From assembly GCF_001447785.1 (NCBI RefSeq), contig NW_015170887.1:672733-736732 (forward strand): a DNA stretch of 64,000 bases, in the 5' to 3' direction. Made by a program: the position numbers and the translations under genes. Position 1 is the stretch's first letter. Every line of letters starts with the position of its first letter. Below, in pieces: positions 1 to 12,740 of this stretch. Origin of the DNA: Gekko japonicus (lineage: Eukaryota). Under the pieces are notes generated by a model. The model did not search any database and was not told the DNA's origin. It worked only from the letters and a program-made list of their open reading frames with translations.

Positions 1-1203
1 TGGGATAAAAGGACAAGTCCTTTTATGGATCAAAAACTGGCTAATTAATAGAAAACAGAGTGAGTATAAATGGGCAGTTCTCTCAGTGGAGGGTGGTAAG
101 CAGTGGGGTACCGCAGGGATCAGTACTTGGTCCACAAAAACATGGCAAATGGGGTTCAATGTGGCCAAGGGCAAGGTGATGCACATTGGAGCCAAAAATC
201 CTAAATATAAATACACATTGATGGGGTCTGAACTGGCAGAGACTGATAAATCTGTCAAGGATGGGTGAGTGGGCGTCAACATGGCAAATGGGGTTCAATG
301 TGGCCAAGTGCAAGGTGATGCACATTGGAGCCAAAAATCCTAAATATAAATACACATTGATGGGGTCTGAACTGGCAGAGACTGATCAAGAGAGAGATCT
401 TGGAGTTGTAGTGGATAACTCACTGAAAATGTCGAGACAGTGTGTGACTGCAATAAAGAAGGCCAATGCTATGCTGGGGATTATTAGGAAGGGTATTGAA
501 AACAGATCAGCCAATATAATAATGCCCCTATATAAATCAATGGTGAGACCTCATTTGGAATACTGTGTGCAGTTCTGGTCACCACCCCTTAAAAAGGATA
601 TTATAGCTTTGGAAAAAGTGCAGAAAAGGACAACTAGAATGATAAAAGGGTTGCAACACTTTCCCTATGAAGAAAATAAAGCGCTTGGGGCTCTTTAGCT
701 TGGAGAAACGACGACTGAGGGATGACATGATTGAGGTTTATAAGACTATGCATGGGAAAGAGCAGGTAGAGAAAGAGGTACTTTTCTCCCTTTCTCACAA
801 TACAAGAACTCATGGGCACTCCATGAAATTGCTGAGCGGTCGGGTTAGAACGGATAAAAGGAAGTACTTCTTCACCCAAAGAGTGATTAACACATGGAAT
901 TCACTGCCACAGGAAGTGGTGGCGGCTACAAGCATGGATGGCTTCAAAAGGGAATTAGATAAGCATATGGAGCAGAGGTCCATCAGTGGCTATTAGCCAC
1001 AAGGTATAGATAGGGACTCTGGGGCAAGTGATGCTCTGTCTTCTTGGTGCTTGGGGGGGGTCAACAGTGGGAGGTCTTCTAATGTTCTGGCCCCACTGGT
1101 GGACCTCCTGATGGCACTGGTATTTCTGGCCACTGTGTGATGCAGAGTGTTGGACTGGATGGGCCTTTGGACTGATCCAACATTGGCGTCTCTTATGTTC
1201 TTA
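1..1203 (+). mobile_element. CR1 LINE, 3' part of ORF2 (RT C-terminus) plus 3' UTR; rearranged and frameshifted
   Basis: Translations GVPQGSVLGP, WQMGFNVAKCKVMHIG, LYKSMVRPHLEYCVQFWSP, LGLFSLEKRRLR, FFTQRVINTWNSLP are CR1 ORF2 motifs; ends in the TCTTATGTTCTTA tail; runs off the window start. Confidence 0.95.
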
Positions 1204-1467
1204 AGGGGGGGAGAAAAGAAAGTCCTGCATTGCAGGTAGCAGTCCTTCAGCCGGTGGAGATGCTGTGGCTGGAGAGAGGTATCAGGTGAATTGTGGAGAG
1301 GAGAACTCGTGTGCTTCCTGAGAAGTGGCGTCTCTTATGTTCTTAAGGGAGGGAGAAAAGAAAGTCCTGCATTGCAGGTAGCAGTCCTTCAGCCGGTGGA
1401 GATGCTGTGGCTGGAGAGAGGTATCAGGTGAATTGTGGAGAGGAGAACTCGTGTGCTTCCTGAGAAG
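1184..1467. repeat. 142-bp tandem duplication (2 copies) spanning the CR1 tail and its 3' flank
   Basis: 1184-1325 and 1326-1467 match except for one base (GGGGGGG vs GGGAGGG). Confidence 0.95.
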
Positions 1468-1874
1468 AGGAAAGCAATGTTATAAGTCAGGGTGGAGAAA
1501 AAGGTTGTTTTTAATTTAGTAGGAGAATCAAGATGCAGCGATTCAGTTTTGTCATGTAACATTTAAGCTTGCAGTGAGGAGGCATGGCTGCCAGCTCCTG
1601 GCCCTCCACTTCATTAAGAGATTTGTGTCATGAGCATTTCTTGCCATTCTTGGTGGGGGGCGGGGTGGTAAAATTAAAGTACTGAGAACTTTGCCTCTGA
1701 AATATTAAGCAGGGTTTGGGGATGAGTGTGCTGTGGGAGGCTGGATTTCTGAAGCTGTCCTGCTGACACAGAGGATGAGTCCCTTTCCAAATTTCATAGC
1801 TTTATATGTTTTGGCTTTGTATTTGGTCAAATATCTTCCAACAAGCTTTCTCAAGGACAAGTGATACACTTTCT

Positions 1875-1985
1875 TTAATGCATTTTTACCCTGCCCTTCA
1901 TCCTAAGAGCTCAGGGTTGCATATATGATTCTCCCCTCCTCCAGTTTATGCTCACAGCAACCATGTGAGGTAGGTTAGGCTGAAT
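1875..1985 (-). mobile_element. CORE/MIR-like SINE fragment with L2-like tail
   Basis: TTTATGCTCACAGCAACCATGTGAGGTAGG resembles the reverse-strand MIR/CORE motif. Confidence 0.6.
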
Positions 1986-2204
1986 GTCTTGTTTTCATAG
2001 GAGAGCAACACTTGTCCTGTTCCTTCCCTCTTTGACAGGTTCTTTGTGTCCCTTCTTTCTCTCCATCGTGCTCACTTGGCTATTGAAATAGGGCTTCAAT
2101 TATGGGGAATGTTGAGCTTGTAGCAACGGCTGTCAGGCCATTGGCCCAGAGTCCTAGGTTTTGTTCAGGCACTCCTAATGAACCAAAACGAGAAGAAAAA
2201 TATT

Positions 2205-2465
2205 TACTTGTTTAATTCATCTTCATCACCTTAAAGGGATCTTTGTCATTTGCATTGGAGGTCACTACTCCCCCTCCCCCATTTTCCTCTAAATCGTAAT
2301 AATAAATAATGAGTTTCATTCAAAGCTCCCCGCCAGCGAGCTGCTAATTACCCAAAGTACGGCTTGTAATTTACACAGTAATAAACCGTAAATTTAAACA
2401 TTATGGCACTTTAAGTTAATAATTTCTCTGCTGTAACAAATAGCCTATCTTTTACCCCTGCTGGT
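2205..2465. promoter_or_regulatory. candidate conserved non-coding element / enhancer
   Basis: Non-repetitive tract with retained CpGs and clustered homeodomain-type motifs (GCTAATTAC, GTAATTTA, TAATAAA x2, CGTAAA); conservation not testable here. Confidence 0.4.
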
Positions 2466-3363
2466 GCTCTCCTACAAACCATGCAAGTGTTGGTGTTCAG
2501 GGATCCTGGGCATGAGTTACCTTAAATGATGCTCATGTAGCATATTTATAGCACATTGCTCCGTGATGGCAAACAGCTGAATTTGTAGAGCCTATGTGAG
2601 TGCGCATAGTAACATACACAATAGCACACTGAGCTGAATTTCTAAAAGAAGTTGTTTAGCCTAGGAATATGCAGCCTCCCCCTGCATTTTAGGGATCTTT
2701 ACTTTTAAGGCTTTAACACCTAAAGCATTAACTTTTGAATAACTGTTGGGTTTACAGACATTGTCCAAGGTAGGAGGATTATATTTAGGAATGGCTGCAC
2801 GTTCGGGATTTATGGGTTGGAACTCCTGATTGGTTGGCACTGGCGGTTGTGAATTTTTCCTGGTCTCTCCCCCCTTCCCCACTTCTTTCTGATCCTGGTG
2901 TCTCAGGATTCATGTGTTGGGAGTCTGCAGTGGGGAGGAGAAACTTGGCTCTTCTTTCTCTCCCATCAGAGCTGTTAGACCAAGTGGGTCCCTGAAACCT
3001 GGGAGATAAACTTTCCCAGTCAGAAAGGGCTGCAGTAGGAGGGGGAACTCAAGAAAGATCTGTGACCTTTTCATTTGTAGATTGCATTGTCCAGCCCATA
3101 ATTGTAGAGGGATTATGTCACAAATCTCTGATGAGGATGAGCCCCCACTGATATAAGTTCTTTTTTACACACTCAAATAAGGCTTGGCTATCCAGCTTTT
3201 ATATGGTACCCTGTGTGATAGTAGCTGTTGCAGTCCTCTGCATGTTCAGTGCCAGGTAGATAAATATTTCTGGTTAATTCAGACATGGGGTGAACTATGT
3301 GTATATTTGTACATCTTTTTTAATCTCACAAAGGGCACCAACATCCTCTTTTAATCTAAGTAG

Positions 3364-3566
3364 ATAGCCCATGCTAGCCCAATCTCATCAAATATCAGAA
3401 GCTAAGTAGGGTCTGCCCTTGTCAGTATTTGAATGAGAGACCACTAAGGAACACCAGAGCTGCTGTGCAGAGGCAAGCAGTGGCAAACCACCTCTGAACC
3501 TCTCTCATTTTGAAAATCCAATGGCGTTGTCATAAGTGGGCTGGAACTTGACAGCAAAAAAAAAAA
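3364..3566 (+). mobile_element. 5S rRNA-derived SINE (5S-Sauria-like) with RTE-like tail and A-run
   Basis: Head GCCCAATCTCATCAAATATCAGAAGCTAAGTAGGGTC...GTATTTGAATGAGAGACC is a diverged 5S sequence, followed by a GGCAAACCAC body and poly(A). Confidence 0.8.
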
Positions 3567-3844
3567 GGTGCATGATAACAAATGAAGTGAGACTCCTCTT
3601 GGCCTAAACCAGGGCTTTTGAGTAACCAGAGAAAAAGCAGAAGGAATGCGTGACCTTTGGCTGAGGCAGTGGTGTGTGACTCTGGATTCTCTTGAACCTC
3701 TTGGTGTGCTCTGAAACCATCAACCATAGATTCTTTATGGTTTGACTGTCTGAGTTAGAGATTGGGAAGCACAGCAGTACAGTGGATCTGTTCCTATCTG
3801 TCAAGTTGTTACATGATGGTGGTGCTGGAGGGATAGCTGCTTGA

Positions 3845-5660
3845 CCCTGTGCTGTGGTGTTTCACAGTGCTCTGCCCTGTCCCCCATGCTATTTAATGTT
3901 TAAATGAAGCTACTAGGAGAGAATGTCTGGGGGTTTGGAATAAGGTACCATCAAACTGATAACTGGTAACTCCATTTCTCCTTTTCATCTGAACTGGGTG
4001 AAACACAAAATGCCCTGGATTGGTGTTTGGAGGTGGTAATGGACTGGATGAGGACCAATAAATTGAAATTCAGTACAGACAAGGTTGAAGTGATATCGGC
4101 TGGTAATAAAACTGGTGTAGGAGTACAGACGCTGCCTGTTCTAGATGAGGTCTCCTTTCCTTTAAAGAAACAGGTTTGCAGCTTGGGAATGCTTCTTCAT
4201 CCTGAGTTGGAGGTGGAGATGCAGAACTCCTCTGACACACATAGCTCCTTTGTCCAGAGTAAGTCAGTACACCAGCCTTAGACTTTCCTCAGTGTGGCCA
4301 CAAATATCCATGCTGGGACACTGGAGCCAAAAATCCTAACTATAAATACACATTGATGGGGTCCAAACTGGGAGAGACTGACCAAGACAGAGATCTTGGA
4401 GTCGTAGTAGATAACTCAATGAAAATGCCTAGACAGTGTGCAACTGCAGTAAAAAAGGCCAATGCTATGCTGGGGATTATTAGGAAGGGAACTGAAAACA
4501 GATCAGCCAGTATCATAATGCCTCTGTATAAATCAATGGTGCAACCTCATTTGGAATACTGTATACAGTTCTGGTCACCACACCTTAAAAAGGATGTTAT
4601 AGCATTAGAAAAAGTGCAGAAAACGGCAACTAGAATGATAAAAGGGTTGGAACACTTTCCCTATGAAGAAAGATTAAAACGCTTGGGGATCTTTAGCTTG
4701 TAGAAACGACGGCTGAGGGGTGACATGATCGAAGTTTATAAGATTATGCATGGGATAGAGCAGGTAGAGAAAGAAGTACTTTTCTCCCTTTCTCACAATA
4801 CAAGAACTCATGGGTACTCTATGAAATTGCTGAGCAGTTGGGTTAAAACAGATAAAAGGAAGTATTTCTTCACTCAAAGAGTGATTAACACATGGAATTC
4901 ACTGCCACAGGTGGCGGCGGCTACAAGCATGGAGAATTTCAAGAGGGAATTAGATAAGCATATGGAGCAGAGGTCCATCAGTGGCTATTAGCCACAAGGT
5001 ATAGATAGGAATTCTCAGTCTGGGGCAAGTGATGCTCTGTATTCTTGGTGCTTGGGGGGGGGGCAACAGTTGGAGGGCTTCTAGTGTCCTGGCCCCACTG
5101 GTGGACCTCCTGATGGCACCTGGTATTTTCGGCCACTGTGTGACAGAGTGTTGGACTGGTTGGGCCATTGACGTGATCCACCATTGGCTTCTCTTATGTT
5201 CTTATGTTCACATCCAAACTGGATTATTACAATGCAGTCTATGAAGAGCTTTCCTTGAAAATGGTTTGGAAACTTCAGTTGGTACAAAATACTGCAGCCA
5301 GATTACAATCTGCAACTGGCTGTAGTGACCACATGATGCCAATCCTGAAAATATTTAATGGACTTGCTTTTTGCCTTCAGACACAGTTAAAGGTGATGGT
5401 CAATACCTTTAAAGCTCTTAAGTGGTCTGGGACCAGGATACTTAAAATAGTACCTTGTCTCATATGTTCGTTCCTGACAGTTAAGGTCTGCCACAGGCCC
5501 TTCTCCATGTACCTTCACCTGCAGAAATAAGGTTGGAGTCTCTGTGGTGGTACTCCAGTTATGGTGCTTCCTTCCAGTAGAAGATTGCTGTTTTATCTCA
5601 GAGCAGAACAACCTTCTCTCACCCTGTCTGAATTCCAACAGGCGTGCAAGACTGAAGCAC
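3845..5660 (+). mobile_element. old L2 LINE ORF2 fragment, split by a CR1 insertion (4318-5209)
   Basis: SALSPMLFNV, WMRTNKLKFSTDKVEVI, then after the CR1 TSKLDYYNAVY...KLQLVQNTAARL; the IHA/TSKLDY motif is split by the insertion. Confidence 0.85.
4318..5209 (+). mobile_element. CR1 LINE, 5'-truncated 3' fragment
   Basis: Highly similar to 320-1203; RDLGVVVD, PHLEYCIQFWSP; in-frame stop near 4703; (TTCTTATG)n tail. Confidence 0.95.
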
Positions 5661-8600
5661 AAAGGTAGCTGGAAGCATGTATTTTTACTGCTACCCGGGA
5701 TTTAGGGTAGGATGTGACAACCCATGTGACTTAACAGCCAATCAGAAGCATTTTGATCTGTAGCAAGTACTGAATTTGTTATGAACAAGGAAAGGGTGAA
5801 GCAGGCTGAATCAACAATTTCCCATAGGAGCCTGTCTGACAGGCAACACTGAATTACTAGCATAATGATGAAATGTCTAGCTGTGGAACCCTCCCTTCCC
5901 CTTATGCATTACAGAGTAATGATCACTTGCTCTGACTCATGAAAAATGGTGGTTGGGATCACAAAGCTTGGTTATACCTGGGTCGAGAAGTGTGTCATAC
6001 CCATTATACAAAATAAGCATAGGTCCATTTTCTCCATGGTTTGTTTGTGTGAACACTTACAGGTAAAATTAACCAATTAGGTGCACATGGACACATGCTA
6101 GATCACCATTCTTTCTAGTGCCTGTAAGTGCTGAGTACAGAGTGTAACAAAAGGAAATAAGACTCCCTTCCCCCAGCTTTTGGGTAGTACAGTACTAACT
6201 CTCTCTATAAGTTATTTATTAAGACTTCTAAAATTCATATGAATGCTTGGTATATTGTCTATATGTAGATATTCCAAATTGTACTGCAAGAGACTCTGTC
6301 ATGATTCTGTCCCTTGTGATCAAACGGGGACTGCTGGCTGTGAGCAGAGTAGAGAATTTTCAAATATTTTGACTCTTCTAGATAATTGTATGCTGCAGGG
6401 ACAAAAGATTTGGAAGTTCAGTGTGTTGTCGGGGTTTGTGTGTCCATTAAATTGCTTCCTTCCTAGCATTGTGGAAATTTAAGTTCTTACTGGGCTGTTG
6501 GAGCCACCTTTTAGATTAACTGCTCAGAAATTATTCTGATCCATGTGAACATGAATGCAGTATCTTATTTGTATGCCATTTGGGTCTGTGCTTCTAGAAC
6601 GGGGGGAGGGGGTTGCCTGAAGCGCAAAGTGCATGTTTGGTTAAACCCAGGTATTCTTCAATATGGGATAATGTAGGGGTAAGAGACCCAAGTTTAAGAG
6701 CAAAAGGGGCATGCTGGAAAAGGGAGCCAAGCCCTCTCTCATCGTATGCCTTTCCTGAAGTATTTCTTGGAAGTTTTCTTTCAGCCAAGCTAACTTCCAC
6801 TATCTGACTCCGATTGGATGAGAAGGGACTTGAAGTGACTGGGTGTAGGGAGATAAGTGTGTGTGGGGGTGTAGGTGGGTATAAAGGCATTCTTCTTTGT
6901 ATTTATAAAGGCAAACCCAGGTTTTTTTTAAAAGGTCCTGTTCCTGTTATGTGTAGTTTCAGTCTTCCCTGCTTCCCCTGTGTTTCAGGAGACCATCATG
7001 AGTGCTATTGGCACTGAGAGGATTAGCCACATCATTGGTGATTCATGCCAAAAAGAGTAAGCATTGGAGTGTTGCTAAAGTCTAGAAGTCAGGGGCTGGG
7101 AGGGAGGCTTATAACATAGAATGAGACTTGCCCCTTATTTTATTGTTCTGTGGGAATGGAACGCTTTCCAAGTTATTAGAGCCACCGTCTATGGGGTAGG
7201 GTGGGGGTAATGTTGTTTTTACTGTTCTGTAGTCCTGTTGTATTTCTTGTCCCCTTCTACTTGCCTGAAACAAATGGCAACTGCACTTGCTCTCTATTAA
7301 TTGAACTATCTTCTTCAGTCTCTTACAAGTTTATGAAATGCACAGAGAAACAGAGCAAACTTAAAGACGAAACATTAGTACCAGACAACTGGCTGGCCAA
7401 TAATAATGATGCCATTCAAGGCAGCAGCAAGTTTGGTATTGCTCTGCATTTCTGAACTACTTTCTCCTCTTGGATGTGAATATATTGCCTTAGATGTAAA
7501 TGGGGAGTGAAATGGGTGAAACTGCCCTTTAATATAATGATAATGCCTTCCCAGTCAGCCAGCTGTTGACAGCGTGGCTTCCTATAGTTATGCTCTTTTG
7601 GACTGAGTTTTTCATTTACTTAGGTTAATTCTGCTTGTCTGACAGCTGTGTTTAGAACACCTGTCTGACATGGGGGCTTAACCTTCCTTTCTTCCCCATG
7701 CATCTGTTTTTCCTTCTTGTTTATCCATTTCTTCTGATTCTTGGTTTTCTTGTGCTTCCCACAATTTCATCTTTTCTGCCATCTCTCTCCAGTTTCTGGT
7801 TGCCGTCTGTGGGAATGAGGGATCGCAACCAGGTAAGATGGCTCTACTTTGCTTCCTTATATTTTCTTTACTTGATTTTTCTCTCTAGAAGGAACAAAAC
7901 GCTGGCTTCCAATTTCTTCTGCATTACAGCCTGTGTGCAAGAGGTAAGGCAGCCCCATGTGATGCCACGCTCTAGTAGATCCGGCTTTTTGTACTAGCCA
8001 GTACACAAAGGCCTCTGTCTTCTCCTGCAGTTTTGTTTTCTTCAGTTGCTTCCTCATTTCAGCTTTCTGGTTGAAGTATTTGTATAGTTAGATCAATTAA
8101 GTTTTATTATTAAGTAGCTTTATAGATATACGTGTCATATAGAGTGCGTGCCATCTTATATTTTATCTTTTTATAGCTGGGTTGACTGAGGAATTCAGCC
8201 ATGTTGGCATCTTGGCAGGGAAGAAAGAAAGGTGGTATTCGTACTATGTTTAGAAGTTGCTTGGCTACTGCAAAGAGAGAGAGCCAACATAACCCATACT
8301 ACACCAACATAACCCGTTGCAGTTGCAAGGAGCCAGCTCCACAGCATACAGTGACCATTATCTGTGTATTCCTCTTTGGGTAGAAAAGCCATTTCTCTTT
8401 CATTTAAAAACAATGATGCTCATTCCTCTTCAGTAGTCCTGCCTCTTTTTGGTTTACTGGCACTAGTGCTAAACTCTCAGACCACTGTGTAGCTTAAAAC
8501 TGATATTTGTATGACAGAACATTGTGAGTACTGATGCTGAAATTGTTACTCAACAGCTGATGATATTCCTCTGACAGAAAACTCAGATATTAATTCTGTT

Positions 8601-9504
8601 TTAGATGGTGGACATGAGTGTCTCTCATAGATGCTATGATAGAGGGAAAGAAAAAGAATTCTGCAAATAGCTCAAAATAATTCCTTGATTTCTAGTAATT
8701 TTTCTCCTCACTGTCTGTAATGTTATGGTTTATCACAGGCTAATAGTCCAGCTGAAAGTGAATTTCATTACAAGCAGCTTTAATTCTGTGTTCCTCACTT
8801 TCATGTTACTAGCTGTTGGCGCTGTATTCTAGATTCTTTAGTTCTTGTAGTGCTGTATTAGAAGAACTTTCTGTGTGTAGTTCTTCATAAAGAAAACATA
8901 CTACAAGCATTGGTCTGTTTTTAAAAGAAATAGTACTGTATGCCTGTGTGCTGCTTTGTTACAGTACAGATAAGTCAGTTTCAGCCCCTTGAAGTGCTTA
9001 TGACCTTACAATCAACCTTAAGGCTGAGAGAAAATGGAGTCACCATAATGACTTAACAAGGTTAGAATTTGTTGCTATCCATGAACATAGTGAATAGATA
9101 AACCATGAAATTATCTTCTTTCCTACTCATATTGGACTAGAGTTTACCCAGTGCATTTTACTACCACTTTGATTTTTTAGAAAAACCTGAAAACTGAATG
9201 ACTGAAGAATGAACTGAACCCAGAATTTAGCAAGGCACACTATGCTGCCACACATGAAGGACTGTATGAATCCTCCCCCTGTTAAAAATCTCTGCATTTG
9301 TAACACTTGAACATCAAGGAGAAGTATTTAAGATCACCCAATTCGCTGACATGCTAGCTTTGTAGATGCATGGAGACCTTAACGGGGGGAGGCATTCCAT
9401 CATTAATTCCACCTGTACCAGTCTTTGGGACTCTTCTGGTCTGCTTCAACATTTGAAAAATTCTTGTTTTTTTGAGTACTTCTCCTTTGCCTTCTAGGAG
9501 GAAC

Positions 9505-9615
9505 ATATCTGTCTAGCTGTGATGCCGTTTTTATAGACAGGTAGTTTTCTGTCTAGATTACTCTAGACAAAAAAACAACATGTCTGTAAAAACGTCATCA
9601 CAGCTAGACAGATAT
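9505..9615. repeat. 111-bp near-perfect palindrome (hairpin)
   Basis: ATATCTGTCTAGCTGTGATG...TGTCTAGA, loop TTAC, TCTAGACA...CATCACAGCTAGACAGATAT. Confidence 0.92.
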
Positions 9616-9649
9616 CCCCCCCCCCGTATGTGTATATACACACACACAC

Positions 9650-10007
9650 AGAGCCCCTGAACTGAGCCAAAAGGCCCCCACCCGAACTGAGTCGGTCTGG
9701 CGAGTTCAGTTCCCCCTTTCTTCCAAGCCAAGGCGGGCAAGCCAAGGTGGGTTTGATGGCTCACAGCAATTCAAACCTAACAGCGGGGCAAGTGCCCCCA
9801 TCAGCTGTTGTTAAAAAGGCTATCAGCCATTTAAACCTGACAGTTTAGCTCCATACCTCATGCCACTTAGCTGTTAGGTTTAAATGGCCCCGAACAGCCA
9901 AACTGAACAAAAGTCCAGTAAATATTCAGGGAAGGCACCTTCCCCAAAATCAGTTTGGGGAGTCCAAACTAGCCCAAGTTTGTGCCAAATTTTGGTTCAT
10001 GCCCATC

Positions 10008-10009
<2 letters not shown>
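9650..10009. mobile_element. non-autonomous DNA transposon remnant (AGGGATGGGCA-type end) with internal inverted repeat
   Basis: Ends TGCCCATCCT like the element ending at 12534; internal arms GCCATTTAAACCTGACAG / CTGTTAGGTTTAAATGGC. Confidence 0.5.

Positions 10010-10045
<36 letters not shown>
10010..10045. repeat. (TG)n microsatellite
   Basis: Uninterrupted TG run. Confidence 0.97.
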
Positions 10046-10048
<3 letters not shown>

Positions 10049-10408
10049 AATAAAATTCAGGAAATCATTTAATCTGCTGAAGGCTATAATTGTGGTCATA
10101 TCTTTTAGGAATTGTCTGTATTTATATTTTGCAAAAGATCTTCCTGTGGAGCCAAAATGACATTTATGTAGGTGATTCTCAAGTTGAGGGTGTTAGGCCA
10201 AGTCTTTGGAGAAGGTAGACTGTGTTTGGGAGCACAATATATATGAGAACAGACTGTCCTTTAAATCTCTACTGATATTCTTTCTTGAAAATAAGATTTT
10301 TGCCTCTTGACTCAGCATGCATGCACTACTTCTGAGTCTAGTTGGTGACATCCAGAATCTCCCCATCAGAGAGGGGAGCAGAATGGTCTCTTGTCAGATG
10401 TTGTATAA

Positions 10409-11005
<597 letters not shown>

Positions 11006-11424
11006 TTAGCATTTGAGGTGTATGTGGTTTGGCTGTTTTGTGGGTGCACTGGGAGTGAATAAGCTTGGGCATAAATTTTCATTGTACTGTTAAGGTTAAT
11101 GGATATATTCCACTTTCTACTGAATGTTTTCTCAGCATTATGCGGTCCCTCAGTACTCTCAATGGTCAGAGAAATTGCTGTGGGGGAGAGTGTGTGGTTC
11201 TAAGAACTGGTTAAGCTTGTGGAATTGGGAGGCATGTGGAACTGACTGACTGGAGGAATAGGCACACAGATCCAGGGCTGTATTGGGCTGGGGCAAGTCT
11301 CCATTTCTTTTGTCCTCGTTGCAACCATCTTTTCTTTCTGTACATTCTTATACATGAACTGATTTTTCCTTTTAAACTGTATTACTCTTATACCTATTTT
11401 ACTAGTTTGCTCCGGTAGCATGAC

Positions 11425-11751
11425 TAAGAATAAGAACATAAGAGAAGCCAATATTCGATCAGGCCAATGGCCCATCCAGTCCAACATTCTGTCACACAGT
11501 GGCCAAAAATACCAAGTGCCATCAGGAGGTCCAGCAGTGGGGCCAGGACACTAGGAGCCCTCGCACTATTGACCCCGCCCCCCAAGTACCAAGAATACAG
11601 AGCATCACTTGCCCCAGAGTCCCTATCTATACCTTGTGGCTAATAGCCACCGATGGACCTCTGCTCCATATGCTTATCTAATTCCCTCTTGAAGCTGTCC
11701 ATGCTTGTAGCTGCTGCCACCTCCTGTGGCAGTGAATTCCGTGTGTTAATC
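11425..11751 (-). mobile_element. CR1 LINE 3' end
   Basis: Reverse complement of about 885-1203, starting TAAGAATAAGAACATAAG. Confidence 0.95.
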
Positions 11752-12004
11752 GTGATCTGTCGATAAGCCCCTCAGAGCCATGCTAGTCAAAGTAAATGGT
11801 GCTGGGTAGGTGAACGAATGATTTGACTCTGTGTGGTTGTTATTCTGCAAATCGCTATTTGCATTCATATTGCCATAATAATAGTTTGTCATCTGTGCAT
11901 GAGATGGTAGGCTCCTTTAAATATAAAAGCTGGGAAAATGTGCACAAAAAATATACTAACTGTATTTTTTTAGAAAGTTAAATTCTTTGGTTGGGACAAG
12001 GAAG

Positions 12005-12095
12005 TTATACATCCAATGCATTCTCAGCAGAATTACTTCAGTAAAAGTTATTGGGCTTAGACTGTAGTAACTCTGCGTAGGATTGCACTGTCATA
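12005..12095. mobile_element. short palindromic MITE remnant (squamate ~90-bp type)
   Basis: GCAGAATTAC ... GTAACTCTGC arms ending AGGATTGCACTG; related remnants near 12135-12215, 19318-19370, 39440-39490. Confidence 0.5.
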
Positions 12096-12224
12096 AAGAG
12101 TTCCCTCTCTCCCGGCTTTTTTTTTACTTGTCAAGCCAGGCCTATGCTTGTTTACTTGGAAGTAAACTAAGCCCAATAGGGCTTGTTCTTAAGTAAGCAA
12201 GCTGCATTGCGTAAGAGTGAAGTC

Positions 12225-12534
12225 CAAGCAGCGAATTCACTCCCAGGTGAACTCACCTCTTGGACTTCAGCGGCGTGGCTTGCAAAAGACATTTAAAGAG
12301 AACATTCCCTTTAAATGGCTTTTGCAAGCCACACCGCACACAAGTGAGTTCTAAGCAGTGAGTTCACCCAGAAGTGGGTGAACTCGTCACTTGTGCATGA
12401 ACCACAGATACGAACCACACAAATCTCAGTGAAAAACATGGTGGTTCGTTGGAGGTTCATTGTCGGTGCTGGGTCATGAACTGAGTGATTTCATAATAAA
12501 ATTAGGTTCGTGAGCTGGTCTGTGCCCATCCCTA
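12225..12534. mobile_element. hAT-like non-autonomous element fragment with internal palindrome
   Basis: Terminus TGCCCATCCCTA (TAGGG-type TIR); palindrome 12270-12337 with outer arms GGTGAACTCAC / GTGAGTTCACC; shares sequence with 21955-22060. Confidence 0.65.
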
Positions 12535-12535
12535 C

Positions 12536-12740
12536 ACAAGACTCAGCTGGAAAAAACAATAATGCTATGGAAAGTTGAAGGCAGTAAGATAAGAGGAAGA
12601 CCCAACATGAGATGGATTGACTTAATAAAGGAAGCAGTTTGCTAAACCTGAGCAAGGCTGTTAATGATAGGACATTTTGGAAGTAATTAATTCATAGGGT
12701 CGCCATCAGTAGGAAGTGACTGATGGCACATAACGCACAA
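12536..12740 (+). mobile_element. RTE-clade LINE 3' end, distinct from the BovB copies
   Basis: LEKTIMLWKVEGSKIRGRPNMRWIDLIKEA followed by the CATAGGGTCGCCAT...GACTGATGGCAC RTE-type 3' end. Confidence 0.85.

Noticed and set aside
3364-3470. 5S rRNA gene
   Set aside because: Heavily diverged and fused to a SINE body and A-tail
8177-8231. Second host exon
   Set aside because: Good acceptor but weak donor (AG|GTGGTA) and an unrecognisable peptide
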